Below the pieces are notes generated by a model. It ran no database searches, was not told where the DNA came from, and was given only the letters and a program-made list of their open reading frames with translations. Shown here piece by piece: positions 45,824 to 56,270 of a stretch of 64,000 nucleotides of DNA (the stretch's first letter is position 1; every line of letters begins with the position of its first letter). The stretch is from an uncultured bacterium (GTDB lineage: Bacteria > Hydrogenedentota > Hydrogenedentia > Hydrogenedentales > Hydrogenedentaceae). The stretch spans positions 4,751-68,750 of the forward strand of contig CALLRP010000044.1 of NCBI GenBank assembly GCA_938014335.1, read 5' to 3'. The position numbers were made by a program, and so were the translations under genes.

Positions 45824-46789
45824 ATGGCGGGACAATTTAGGGAAATTGTAAAAGAATTAGTTCAGAATATAGAAACTGTAATACTGGACAAGAGTCATGT
45901 GATTCGTACCGCTCTGGGTGCATTTTTGGCGGGGGGACATATTTTATTAGAAGATGTGCCCGGAGTTGCTAAGACCATGCTAGCTCGAGCCTTAGCCATT
46001 TCCAGTGGTTGTTCTTACACACGAATTCAGTGTACTCCGGACTTATTGCCGACGGATGTAACTGGGGTGTCTGTATTTAACCAATCCACACAGAATTTTG
46101 AATTTCGTCCAGGACCTATTTTTAATCAAGTAGTTGTGGCAGATGAAATTAACCGTGCCACGCCACGAACACAGTCGGCATTGTTAGAAGCGATGGCAGA
46201 AGGACAAGTGTCAGTGGACGGAAAGACTTATATACTGAACAAGCCATTTATTGTATTTGCAACTCAAAATCCTGTAGAGCATGAGGGGACATTTCCGCTA
46301 CCTGAAGCTCAATTAGACCGTTTTATGATAAAGTTATCTATGGGTTATCCTGGAATGGTTGCTGAATTGGACATGTTGGAGCGGTTGCGTGTAGTTCATC
46401 CTATTGAAAGTTTACAACCTGTAACAGACCCTCCAACCCTTGTCCAGATGCAAGCAAAAGTTCGCGATATTTTCATTCACCCCAAAGTGCGTGAGTATAT
46501 GTTGCGCATTATAGCACGAACACGAGACCATACCCATTTGCTTTTGGGTGCCAGTCCCCGTGCCTCACTTATGCTGTTTCGCTGTTGTCAAGGATATGCG
46601 GCGGTATTAGGGAGGGGATATGTTATACCGGACGATGTAAAAGCGTTAGTTTTCCCTGTATTAGAACATCGTCTTATCTTAAATCCGGAGAGTCGTTTGA
46701 GAAAGATAACCGTTTACTCTGTTTTGAAAGAAATCCTTAATGAGGTCCCCGTGCCATCAACGGGTGTTCATCAGTGGAAAACGACGTAA
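45824..46789 (+). CDS. MoxR-family AAA+ ATPase
   Basis: HILLEDVPGVAKTMLARALA Walker A region, DEINRA Walker B motif, and ATQNP sensor-1. The size matches AAA_3 proteins. Confidence 0.85.
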   Translation: MAGQFREIVKELVQNIETVILDKSHVIRTALGAFLAGGHILLEDVPGVAKTMLARALAISSGCSYTRIQCTPDLLPTDVTGVSVFNQSTQNFEFRPGPIFNQVVVADEINRATPRTQSALLEAMAEGQVSVDGKTYILNKPFIVFATQNPVEHEGTFPLPEAQLDRFMIKLSMGYPGMVAELDMLERLRVVHPIESLQPVTDPPTLVQMQAKVRDIFIHPKVREYMLRIIARTRDHTHLLLGASPRASLMLFRCCQGYAAVLGRGYVIPDDVKALVFPVLEHRLILNPESRLRKITVYSVLKEILNEVPVPSTGVHQWKTT

Positions 46790-46868
46790 AATTTGACTTA
46801 ACTTTGAGGATAGGTTTGTGGTATGATTATTAAGAAAATATTAAACAAATGAAGAGTTTAGAGGGGTA

Positions 46869-47804
46869 ATGTTCTGGATTTTCAAGAAAAAGAAAAATGA
46901 TGTTTCCTCCCAGTCAGCCGTATCGGAGTTTGACGACCCTAATAAATCTGAACTTGAAATTCGTCAGGTGGGTCCCTATGAAATTCTTGCTCCCATCGGA
47001 AGTGGGGGTATGGGAACTGTGTATAAAGCCATAGACCGTAGCAAAGATTTAACTGTTGCGATTAAAGTGCTCGACCCGCGTTTCGATGAAGATCCCAAAC
47101 GGCGGAAACAGGATTTCTTGGGAAGGGAAGTGATGATAGCTGCGTCTTTGAACCATCCCAATATAATCCGTATGGATAAAAATATCCATGAAGCAATTGA
47201 TACGATGGGCAGGACACGACGGTGTATTGTTATGGAATTTATAGACGGGTATAATCTAAAAAAATATATTATAGACCGCAATTTGAATATCCGCCAGATG
47301 ATAGATATATGTATTAAACTTTGTTATGGATTAGATTACTTGCATCAGCATGGGATTGTGCATCGAGATGTAAAACCAGCCAATTTCTTGTTCTCAAAAG
47401 ATGGCAAACAGGTTAAAATTGTGGATTTTGGACTATCTAAGACCAATGCGACATGGCGGGGCTGGCTCATGAAAGAGACAGGGGGAACTCGTATTTACAT
47501 GTCTCCGGAACAAATATTAAAAAAGAATTTAGATGCACGCTCCGATATTTTCTCCTTTGGGATAACGATGTATGAACTTTTTTCTGGAAAGCATCCTTGT
47601 GAAGCAAATGACCCCAGAATTGTAACTCGACAATTAGTAGACCCTCATCATAAATTTGTTCCGCCATCAACCTATAATCCTCAACTTACTCCTGCCTTAG
47701 ACCGTATTATATTAAAATCACTTCGTCGTAATTTAGAAAATCGTTATCAATCCATGACCGAATTGTTATTAGACTTAAAACGAGCAACAGAATCGAGAAT
47801 TTAA
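46869..47804 (+). CDS. Ser/Thr protein kinase (Hanks type)
   Basis: GSGGMGTVYKA glycine loop, AIK, HRDVKPANFLF catalytic loop, DFGLSK and SPE motifs. Confidence 0.8.
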   Translation: MFWIFKKKKNDVSSQSAVSEFDDPNKSELEIRQVGPYEILAPIGSGGMGTVYKAIDRSKDLTVAIKVLDPRFDEDPKRRKQDFLGREVMIAASLNHPNIIRMDKNIHEAIDTMGRTRRCIVMEFIDGYNLKKYIIDRNLNIRQMIDICIKLCYGLDYLHQHGIVHRDVKPANFLFSKDGKQVKIVDFGLSKTNATWRGWLMKETGGTRIYMSPEQILKKNLDARSDIFSFGITMYELFSGKHPCEANDPRIVTRQLVDPHHKFVPPSTYNPQLTPALDRIILKSLRRNLENRYQSMTELLLDLKRATESRI

Positions 47805-47810
47805 GGAACT

Positions 47811-49148
47811 ATGCCAAAACAATATTTTTCATCAAAAAAGAATACAGATAAAACGCTATTGCGAATTTTTGTTGGCGTAATGCTGTGTCTAATAGCAGGG
47901 TATATTATTTATCGGTTTATTTATAGTTCATCAAACTTTATTTCTAAGGAAAAAATTGTAGAGAAACTGATTCCGACTTCTTCTGCTACGACAGCGGAAG
48001 ATGCTTTAGAACAATTTAAAAAAATGTTTGAAGAAGGTCATTTTGATGAATTGCGTTCTGAATTGAAAAATTATGTAAAGAAGGAAAAAAAGATAGAGAA
48101 TCTAACAGAAGCATATCTGATATGGATAGAGTTGGAACTTAAATGTGAAAAATCAACGGATGCTTTCACGGTCGCAGAAGAAGCCATTCGAAAATGTGAA
48201 GCCAGTCCTCGCCTACCTTATTTGAAATATCGGTATGCTCAACTCGCAGAGACCACAGGAAAAAAAGATATAGCCCGCTCTGCTTATCAAGATATTCTTG
48301 ACCGCTCTTCTCGGGGAAATCGGGCTTATGGATATTTAGGATTAGCCCGATTGGAAGAGCAGTCAAATGAAAAGATTAAGGCGAGAGATCTTGCACAAAA
48401 AGCAGTAATGGATGCGGAATGGGATTCGCAAATTTGGAATGAATCATTAGATTTATTGGGAAAATTAAATGTGGAAATTATTTTTTCTAACATTCCGACA
48501 CCTGAGAGTAAAGTTTATGCAGTTCAGCAAGGGGATTCTTTAATTACCATTGGTAGTAAACTCAATACTCCTGTCGGTATGCTATGCCGTGCGAACCAAT
48601 TAGATGAGAATACAAAACTTCGATTAAACCAAACATTAAAATATACTCCGAAAGATTTTCGACTCCTTGTGGAAAGGTCGAAGTGCCGTGCTTTCTTAGT
48701 AGATGAACAGGGGATATTTAAGCGGTATAAAGTAGGTCTCGGTAAGCCCGGTCACGAAACAACCTTAGGAGCCTATAAAATTGGGAACAAGCAAAAAAAT
48801 CCGACATGGTTTAAGCCTGGGGAAGGGGCTATCCCAGCAGGTGACCCTCGAAATGAATTGGGTACGCGATGGATGCCTTTGGTTCCTGCCGAACCTGGAC
48901 TCCCTTCTGATTTGGGACTTCACGGTACGATTGCACCTGAAACTATCGGTACCTATTCCTCAAACGGATGTGTTCGCTTCTATCCCGAAGAAGTGGAAGA
49001 AATATACGATTTGATTGTTCGTTCGACCCCTGTTATCATCAAGGAAGAGATAAAATATGAGGATGTATATCCTCTGGTGCAGGTGGATAATATTTCTCCA
49101 AATAATGAAACAATAAATCCGACCACAGAAAATAAAAACACAATGTAA
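47811..49148 (+). CDS. Membrane-anchored protein with TPR, LysM and L,D-transpeptidase (YkuD) domains
   Basis: N-terminal transmembrane segment. LysM domain YAVQQGDSLITIGSKLNTPVGML. YkuD catalytic motif HGT…SNGCVRF. Confidence 0.8.
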   Translation: MPKQYFSSKKNTDKTLLRIFVGVMLCLIAGYIIYRFIYSSSNFISKEKIVEKLIPTSSATTAEDALEQFKKMFEEGHFDELRSELKNYVKKEKKIENLTEAYLIWIELELKCEKSTDAFTVAEEAIRKCEASPRLPYLKYRYAQLAETTGKKDIARSAYQDILDRSSRGNRAYGYLGLARLEEQSNEKIKARDLAQKAVMDAEWDSQIWNESLDLLGKLNVEIIFSNIPTPESKVYAVQQGDSLITIGSKLNTPVGMLCRANQLDENTKLRLNQTLKYTPKDFRLLVERSKCRAFLVDEQGIFKRYKVGLGKPGHETTLGAYKIGNKQKNPTWFKPGEGAIPAGDPRNELGTRWMPLVPAEPGLPSDLGLHGTIAPETIGTYSSNGCVRFYPEEVEEIYDLIVRSTPVIIKEEIKYEDVYPLVQVDNISPNNETINPTTENKNTM

Positions 49149-49187
49149 TAAGACCTCATACAACAGGAGCCAAAGGAAAAAAGGGAA

Positions 49188-50822
49188 ATGAGTAACAATG
49201 TAGAAAACATGACACTCAAAGAACGAATTTTTTCTTCCGAGTTCCAATCTCTTCCTCCCCACCATGCACTTATACCTATTAATAATGCAATGCTGTTTTA
49301 TACACTTTGCGATGAAGCCCTAAATCAGATAGGTCGTTTCGGAGGGAAAGACCTTATAGCCATTTGTGATGCAGAAACTATACGGCAGTTACGAGAAATA
49401 GATAATTTTCTTTCCAATATTAGGAAAATGCATGTTTTAGGTATGTCTCCTTCTCATTGGGATGCTCCTGTAGAAATGCATACCCCACCTCCTTTTTTTA
49501 AGGATGTGGATCGTTTATTTGTGTTGGTATCATCAAACCTTGCTATATCCTTTATAGGGACAATTATAAAGACTAATAACAACAATGATAATAATAATTT
49601 TGATGGGGGCTGGTCTTACCATCGTACCTATATTCAGCATTTACTTCATCTCTTTGTCCCTTCGGTGTTACAAGAATTTGGTTTTTACAAAGAAGACCTG
49701 GATAAATTAACTGAAATTACCACGCGTATCATGTCTGTCCAAACAGAGTTACTATCTGGGCATGAATCGTTAGTTGAAATGGATAAAAGTGAATTAGCAA
49801 CAGTTTTGGAAATATTGAAAGTTATATCATCCAAGAAGAGTGCCCGTGATGTTCTATATGTTTTTGTGGAGCAAATATCGAAAGTAGTTCCATCCGACCG
49901 CTGTTCCATAGTGCGTATCTGGGGACGTGAGGATACAGTTCATGTGCTGGCTTCGCATGATGATGCTAACCTATATGATATGACAGTGCCTTTGTCTAAG
50001 TATCCTGAAATCAAAAAAGCCTTATCCATTGGCGATAAGGTGATAATTAACAATGTTCGGAATGAGCCTATAATGCGTCCCTGTCTGGACTCTCTTCTCC
50101 AGAAAGGGATAAATTCCATATTGGTAATACCTATCGTTTTACATGACCCGGAAGTAGGCTCTCTCTTGCTCCGTGCAGTCCGAAAAGATGCAGGATTTGC
50201 TTTACGGGAGATTAATTTCTTTGAGATTGTAACCAATGCGGCAGGGAGTGCATTAGAGCGGGCGCAATTGTTTGAATCGGTTCAGCAAGCAAATAAAACA
50301 TTAGAAAAACTGGCTATAACAGATGGTTTAACAGGAATTTATAATCATCGTTATTTCCGTGAACGGCTGGAAGAGGAAATTCTTCGCAGTCTAAGATATA
50401 ATGTGCCTTTGTCCTGTGTTTTGTTTGATATAGATGATTTTAAGAAGTGCAATGATACATACGGACACCTATTCGGCGATGCGGTATTAAAAGAAATTGC
50501 AAATAGAATGTTGCAAATAGTTCGCCGAACTGATATTGTAGCCCGATATGGAGGAGAAGAATTTATTATCATCATGCCACAAACCCCCCTCGATGGGGCA
50601 TATGTACAGGCAGAGCGCATCCGAAAAGCTATCGAGGAAAAGCCTTTTGAGTATATGGGAAAATGTGTGAGTATTACTATCAGTGGTGGTGTTGCAGAAG
50701 TGATTCAAAACGAGACCTTAACTGTGGAAGATTTGCTCCGCATAGCAGACCAGTGCCTTTATCAAGCTAAACGAAGTGGTAAAAATATGGTTATTACTCC
50801 AAAACAACCTAATCTACCCTAA
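49188..50822 (+). CDS. GAF-GGDEF diguanylate cyclase
   Basis: Central GAF domain and C-terminal GGDEF domain with an intact RYGGEEF motif and a DxLT region. Confidence 0.8.
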   Translation: MSNNVENMTLKERIFSSEFQSLPPHHALIPINNAMLFYTLCDEALNQIGRFGGKDLIAICDAETIRQLREIDNFLSNIRKMHVLGMSPSHWDAPVEMHTPPPFFKDVDRLFVLVSSNLAISFIGTIIKTNNNNDNNNFDGGWSYHRTYIQHLLHLFVPSVLQEFGFYKEDLDKLTEITTRIMSVQTELLSGHESLVEMDKSELATVLEILKVISSKKSARDVLYVFVEQISKVVPSDRCSIVRIWGREDTVHVLASHDDANLYDMTVPLSKYPEIKKALSIGDKVIINNVRNEPIMRPCLDSLLQKGINSILVIPIVLHDPEVGSLLLRAVRKDAGFALREINFFEIVTNAAGSALERAQLFESVQQANKTLEKLAITDGLTGIYNHRYFRERLEEEILRSLRYNVPLSCVLFDIDDFKKCNDTYGHLFGDAVLKEIANRMLQIVRRTDIVARYGGEEFIIIMPQTPLDGAYVQAERIRKAIEEKPFEYMGKCVSITISGGVAEVIQNETLTVEDLLRIADQCLYQAKRSGKNMVITPKQPNLP

Positions 50823-50838
50823 ATAAGGAGGAAGTAAA

Positions 50839-51408
50839 ATGGTTTTTAGAAAATCAACATTTTCAATATCCCTTGGAGCGTTTTTACTCATTGTGGTAAT
50901 AAGTTCTTGTGGGACTATTCGTTCTTTTGTCCGTATTGCACCGGATTATTCCGCATTACCGCAAGAAGAACTTATGAGAACGGCACAATACATTGAAGAA
51001 AAAATCTGGGCAGGGGAACGCGAACCCGATCTGTCAAAGGTTACGAGTGTTAACTTAGACACACCTCAAATCAAACAGGCAATTCGAACACGGGCAGTCC
51101 GCCATGAACTTATCAAAGACCTGCTCGAAAAAGGTTTTGTTTATGAGCAGAACAATGGATTAATTGCCATTCAGCGGAATAGTGCCTATAAAAGAAGCAC
51201 AACCCGCCAGCAACGCGACAAAAACGCTCTTGTTGTAATGGGTGAAAACAGTGACCGCTGGACTCTTTACGAAGGTATCATGAAAGCCAATAACTATCCA
51301 CCCAAATCCCTTTCCGCCATTCAAGACACTTTCTACCGTGCCCGTATCCAATGCCTCCAACAGGGACACAAATACCAAACCCCCGAAGGAAATATAGTTC
51401 AAAAGTAA
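50839..51408 (+). CDS. Lipoprotein with a YdbL/DUF1318-like C-terminal domain
   Basis: Lipobox VISSCG. The motif ENSDRWTLYEGIMKANNYP…PEGN is paralogous to the gene at 53221. Confidence 0.45.
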   Translation: MVFRKSTFSISLGAFLLIVVISSCGTIRSFVRIAPDYSALPQEELMRTAQYIEEKIWAGEREPDLSKVTSVNLDTPQIKQAIRTRAVRHELIKDLLEKGFVYEQNNGLIAIQRNSAYKRSTTRQQRDKNALVVMGENSDRWTLYEGIMKANNYPPKSLSAIQDTFYRARIQCLQQGHKYQTPEGNIVQK

Positions 51409-51462
51409 AATTTTGATATCGGACAAGTCAGACAGGTCAGATCTATGTGACAAAAGAATAAC

Positions 51463-52908
51463 TTATGTTGCTGGTTGCCAGACCTGGACGCCATGGGGTT
51501 CAATACCGTATGTAAGGGTATTGTCTTTTATCTCGACTTCGGTTTGGGTGTAGAATTCACGGTATTTTTGACCGGGGGATAGGCAGGAAGAATTTATGTG
51601 GTAGCGGATACCACATTCATGCCATTCGTTGACAAGGATAAGCCACGGTTTTTGCTGATACATTTTAATCAGGGCAAGGACACCACGGTCACCGGAACCG
51701 AAAATTTCATCTTGAGTGACTGTAACGGGATGAGTTGTATCTTCAGCCGATAGCACAGGTTGTAAAGATTTAATCTCTTTGGCAAAGGTGATTAAATCAG
51801 CCCAGAGTTGCATATCTCGAGGGACATAATAGGTTCCCCAGAACAGGATACCGCGTGCCCCGTTAACAATGCAATCAAATCCCATAAAACGGATTTCATT
51901 CAGCGTCGGTGGACGGAACCCTTTTTGTTCACTGCCGCTACGTTCATAAACATCTCCCTGTAACATGCCCCAATCAAAGCCCTGAATGACCATCCACACC
52001 GGTTTCTTAGGGTCAATTGCCTGCATACGACGGGTGTAGGCACCGACAGATGCTATGGTCTGGTCCATCAGATCAGAGTGGCGTAGTTTCGGGTGCATGG
52101 GCACGGGATAAATGTCACAACCCACTATATCTGCACATTCGCTAAATTTACGTAAACTTTCCATGGAATTGCGTGGTGCATGATTTGCCCATACAGGATG
52201 TTTGGGGTCTAATTCTTTAATGACTTTATATGCTTGTTGGAGTTTTTCTAATTCTTCCGCCTTAAACTTTTCTATGTTTGCCAAAGAATAATCGGCGAAA
52301 GGTGAAGTTTCGCCGATTTTCTGCCAGATTTGTTTTACAATCTCTTCGCCCTCTGTCCATAGACCTTTACTGTAAAGTTCTGTTGCTTTTTCCAGTTGGG
52401 CTATTAGTTCTCTTTTTAGATCTTCATCAGCAATTTCTGACAATTTTTCTCTGCTCATTTGTGGCTCCTTATATCGTTTGGCCTCATGATTTCGCAGATA
52501 TATATTCCATAGGGCTTCATCGGGCATTTCCCATACAAGGAATGAAGGATGGCTTGCACATAGATGGATTAACTCTGTAAGTTTCTGATTTCGTGTTTCT
52601 ACTTCTGAGGAAGCAATCGCAGAATGAATATTGGTCCAGACCATTAATCCATTTTCTTTGGCGATATTTAACTGCTCCTCATTAGGGCTGATGGAGATGA
52701 GATTATACCCTGCATCGGCGAGTGTTTGTAGTTCATCCGGATTGTCCATCTTCGGACTGTACAGTCCTAAAATGAAAGTCCTTTTACCATCTACGACAAG
52801 CATTCGGTCCTTTGCAATGGTTGCCTCGACCGCATAAGAAATACTACACAATAATTGTGCGATGACCACTGCACATGTTGATATAAAAAATACGCTACTG
52901 TTTTTCAT
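51463..52908 (-). CDS. Secreted TIM-barrel glycoside-hydrolase-like protein
   Basis: Signal peptide from the internal Met (MKNSSVFFISTCAVVIAQLL). It is W- and acid-rich, as TIM-barrel glycoside hydrolases typically are. The track's N-terminal extension into the spacer is spurious. Confidence 0.4.
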   Translation of the reverse strand: MKNSSVFFISTCAVVIAQLLCSISYAVEATIAKDRMLVVDGKRTFILGLYSPKMDNPDELQTLADAGYNLISISPNEEQLNIAKENGLMVWTNIHSAIASSEVETRNQKLTELIHLCASHPSFLVWEMPDEALWNIYLRNHEAKRYKEPQMSREKLSEIADEDLKRELIAQLEKATELYSKGLWTEGEEIVKQIWQKIGETSPFADYSLANIEKFKAEELEKLQQAYKVIKELDPKHPVWANHAPRNSMESLRKFSECADIVGCDIYPVPMHPKLRHSDLMDQTIASVGAYTRRMQAIDPKKPVWMVIQGFDWGMLQGDVYERSGSEQKGFRPPTLNEIRFMGFDCIVNGARGILFWGTYYVPRDMQLWADLITFAKEIKSLQPVLSAEDTTHPVTVTQDEIFGSGDRGVLALIKMYQQKPWLILVNEWHECGIRYHINSSCLSPGQKYREFYTQTEVEIKDNTLTYGIEPHGVQVWQPAT

Positions 52909-53220
52909 AACTTTCCTTTCTTTTGTTAATGATGTTCTCATAGGATTCGTGTAAAAGTAATATAGCAATAAAAACGAGTAAAAACCAAAAACAGTTGATT
53001 TAATGAGAAGTGTGAGATTGGATTCTTTGGTTGAGCCATACAAAAAAGAAAAGTATACCCACAACAAAGGCGGGACCTGCAATAATTACAGCAGAGGAAA
53101 ATGAAAGAAAAAGATAAAAATCCTATTAAATTTAATTTTCGTTACAATTGTTTGTATAATGAAATAAAATCGTATCAAAATTCGTCTAATTATATGAAAA
53201 GATAAAAAAGGAAATGTGGT

Positions 53221-53898
53221 ATGAAAAAAAGAGTATGCCTTCTTTTCATGGTGGGTACTTTATTGAGTATTAATTGTGTTTTACAGACAAAGCATACCAT
53301 TGAAGCGCATATCACACTTGATATTCGACATATTCAGGAACAGGCAGGTAATCTTCTCGATTATGTTGAAAAGAAAACAGATGAATTACCTGTTAAAGAA
53401 GAAAATGATAAAAATAAAACGAGTTGGTTAGGTTCGGGATTTCATTTATTTACCCCTGCGTATGCAGAGGCATTAGCGACGGTATCTCCGTTAGCTAAGG
53501 AAATTGCAGATCGTATGCGAGAACGGTTTGAACAAATTGAACAGTTAAAAAATCAGGGCTGTTTAGCAGAGAATAATCGGGGCTATTTGGAATTGAAGGA
53601 GTGTGATGCATTAAAAGAGGCAGAAAAAAAGAATGAGATACAACGATTACTGTCTGATGAGAATAAAGACCGCAAAGCATTATACAAAGAAATTGCTAAT
53701 TTGAATAAAAGTATTCCTGAAATGTCTATATCGAAAGTGGAATCTATTTATGCTTTGGAACGAATACAAAGGGCTAAATCAGGACAAATGGTTCAGTTAC
53801 CGGAAGGAAATGATGATTTCCAAAAAATCAAAAATAGTCCTTTAGGTCAAAAATTAGGAGAGATATGCATTCCGGGTGCTTGGGTAATAATACCATAA
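53221..53898 (+). CDS. Secreted protein with a YdbL/DUF1318-like C-terminal domain; a paralogue of 50839..51408
   Basis: ENKDRKALYKEIANLNKSIP…LPEGN aligns with ENSDRWTLYEGIMKANNYPP…TPEGN. Confidence 0.45.
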   Translation: MKKRVCLLFMVGTLLSINCVLQTKHTIEAHITLDIRHIQEQAGNLLDYVEKKTDELPVKEENDKNKTSWLGSGFHLFTPAYAEALATVSPLAKEIADRMRERFEQIEQLKNQGCLAENNRGYLELKECDALKEAEKKNEIQRLLSDENKDRKALYKEIANLNKSIPEMSISKVESIYALERIQRAKSGQMVQLPEGNDDFQKIKNSPLGQKLGEICIPGAWVIIP

Positions 53899-53955
53899 AT
53901 AAAAAAAAAAGACTCTTTTTGTCTTTTTTATATAACTCTATAGTAGAAGAAAATT

Positions 53956-54366
53956 TTATATTTGTTCGTTAAAAAAAAGACCTTGCACTTTCTGCCAGCG
54001 TGATAAGAACTTTAGCCATTCTTCCGGTGGGATTTGACGAATGACCTCATTTTTTTGAGCATCGAGAATTTGAATGACAATTCTTTGATTTTCTTCGTCT
54101 ATCTTTAAACGAGTGCTTGTTATAGGAGGCTCTAATTCCTTCAAAATTTCCTTTCGGTTGGTTACCACTTGTTCAAAAAGTTCTCTTTCAAATTTAATTC
54201 TAGGGTCCGCCTCGCTGGGAGTTTTGTTATCAGAGGTTAATTTCTGATTTTCTGTTCCCCCACCTTGTTGAGAAGGAATGCGAGGCGGAGCCTGTAATGA
54301 AGTTTCTCCTTGCGTAACCATAGGAAGAGCCGCAGTATTTTGGAAATCAATACGCGACATACCCAT
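53956..54366 (-). CDS. flaG: Flagellar protein FlaG
   Basis: It lies immediately downstream of the flagellin genes. The C-terminal motif IVIQILDAQKNEVIRQIPPEEWLK is typical of FlaG. Confidence 0.7.
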   Translation of the reverse strand: MGMSRIDFQNTAALPMVTQGETSLQAPPRIPSQQGGGTENQKLTSDNKTPSEADPRIKFERELFEQVVTNRKEILKELEPPITSTRLKIDEENQRIVIQILDAQKNEVIRQIPPEEWLKFLSRWQKVQGLFFNEQI

Positions 54367-54386
54367 AGTGCTCCGCCTCCTCTATT

Positions 54387-55202
54387 TTATCTCAATAGTG
54401 CTAATGCGGTCTGGGGAACAATATTTGCTTGAGCCAACACAGAGGTTCCGGCATTCACCAGAATCTGGTTGCGTGTAAACCGTATGGTTTCCTGAGCTAT
54501 GTCTGCATCGCGGATGGCACTTTCAGAAGAGGCTGCATTCTCTTCTTGAATAGCGAGAGTATTGATAGTGAATTCCAGTCGATTCTGATAAGCACCCAAT
54601 TTACTCCGTAGCGTATTCACACTCTTCAGAGCATCATCTATCTTCGTTATAGCTGCAGCAGCGGAGTCGAGATAAGCAAGGGTAATACCACTTACTCCTA
54701 GAATGCTCGCATTTGCCGCATCAATAACAACGGTTAAAGTTTGTCCCTGATTTGGTCCTGCCTGAAGGGTCACACTGTTAGTAGCACTTAATATTCGTAG
54801 GCTGTTGAACTCCGTATCATTAGCAATCTTATCGATTTGTGAAATCAATTCTTGTGCCTCTGTGTTCAATGCCGAACGATTATTGCTACTCAGAGTCCCA
54901 TTTGCTGCCTGAACTGCAAGTTCGCGAATGCGTTGTAATATGTTTGTGGTTTCGCTTAATGCCCCTTCTGCAGTCTGAACTAAACTAATCCCATCTTGAG
55001 CATTTCGTTGAGCCACATTCGTTCCGCGAACCTGGGCTCGGAAACTCTCCGCAATAGCAAGACCTGCTGCGTCATCTGCAGCGCGATTAATTCTCAATCC
55101 ACTGCTTAACCTTTCTAAACTTTTATTGAGGTCAAGAGTGGATTTTCTTAACACCCGGGCTGTATTGAGTGCCGGGATATTTGTATTGATCCGAAGTCCC
55201 AT
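54387..55202 (-). CDS. Flagellin, paralogue 4 of 4
   Basis: MGLRINTN…LSSGLRINRAADDAAGLAIAE N-terminus and …TSVLAQANIVPQTALALLR C-terminus. AAGGAGG RBS. Confidence 0.92.
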   Translation of the reverse strand: MGLRINTNIPALNTARVLRKSTLDLNKSLERLSSGLRINRAADDAAGLAIAESFRAQVRGTNVAQRNAQDGISLVQTAEGALSETTNILQRIRELAVQAANGTLSSNNRSALNTEAQELISQIDKIANDTEFNSLRILSATNSVTLQAGPNQGQTLTVVIDAANASILGVSGITLAYLDSAAAAITKIDDALKSVNTLRSKLGAYQNRLEFTINTLAIQEENAASSESAIRDADIAQETIRFTRNQILVNAGTSVLAQANIVPQTALALLR

Positions 55203-55313
55203 AGTTCTTACCTCCTTGAGTGTTTCATAACTATCCCGAATTCCTTTTCTTATTAATTATCAGATATATCTTCATCCTATTCACGCCTGACGAAAATATT
55301 ATGCTGATAATTA

Positions 55314-55343
55314 TTTCCAAGTAGGAGGCAGGGAAATAAAAGA
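55314..55343 (-). terminator. 10-bp GC-rich hairpin GGAGGCAGGG / CCCTGCCTCC immediately 3' of flagellin paralogue 3
   Basis: Read directly. It has no strong U-tail, so it may be a partial terminator or a stabiliser. Confidence 0.4.
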
Positions 55344-55365
55344 CCCTGCCTCCGAGCGTAGCATT

Positions 55366-56181
55366 TTACCTCAGCAACTGTAAAGCTGTTTGAGGAACAA
55401 TATTTGCTTGTGCCAATACGGATGTTCCTGCATTCAGCAAAATCTGGTTTCGGGTAAAGCGTATCGTTACCTGAGCAATATCTGCATCACGAATAGCACT
55501 TTCGGATGCGGATGCATTTTCCTGCTGGATTGCAAGGGTGTTTATTGTAAATTCCAAACGATTTTGATAAGCACCCAATCTTGCCCGCAGGGTATTTACC
55601 GTGCCTAATGCTGCGTCGATTACGCTAATAGCAGAAGCGGCTAATACTGCGGAAACAACATTTACTAAACTGACACCCAGCGCTGCTGCGGTTGCAGAAG
55701 CCATACTCAAGGCAAGGGTCTGTCCGGAATATATACCTGCCTGAATCTGTATAGCACTGGTTGTGTTTAGCACTGCGATGCCATTAAATTCGGTATCTGT
55801 AGCAATCGCATTGATTTGCTCAATCAATTGATTGATTTCACCTTGTATTGCTGACCGATTGGCATCGCTTTGTGTACCGTTCGCCGCTTGGACTGCTAGT
55901 TCACGCATGCGTTGCAGGATATTTGTTGTTTCGCTCAACGCACCTTCAGCAGTCTGAACAAGACTGATACCATCCTGAGCATTTCGCTGGGCTACACCTG
56001 TTCCCAGTACCTGAGACCGAAATGCTTCAGCAATAGCAAGTCCTGCTGCATCGTCCGCAGCACGATTGATACGGAGACCACTGGAGAGTTGTTCCAGCGT
56101 CTTATTCAGGTCTGCAGTCGTTCTGCGGAGTACACGGCTCGCATTGATTGCCGGTATGTTTGTGTTAATTCTTAAACCCAT
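55366..56181 (-). CDS. Flagellin, paralogue 3 of 4
   Basis: Conserved D0/D1 termini as above. GGAGGAA RBS. Confidence 0.92.
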   Translation of the reverse strand: MGLRINTNIPAINASRVLRRTTADLNKTLEQLSSGLRINRAADDAAGLAIAEAFRSQVLGTGVAQRNAQDGISLVQTAEGALSETTNILQRMRELAVQAANGTQSDANRSAIQGEINQLIEQINAIATDTEFNGIAVLNTTSAIQIQAGIYSGQTLALSMASATAAALGVSLVNVVSAVLAASAISVIDAALGTVNTLRARLGAYQNRLEFTINTLAIQQENASASESAIRDADIAQVTIRFTRNQILLNAGTSVLAQANIVPQTALQLLR

Positions 56182-56270
56182 AAACTATTTCCTCCATGAG
56201 TTGTTATCCCATCCATAGATTTTTTTGTCCAAAAGTATTCAATTTTTTACAAATCTTTGTTTTCCACAAA

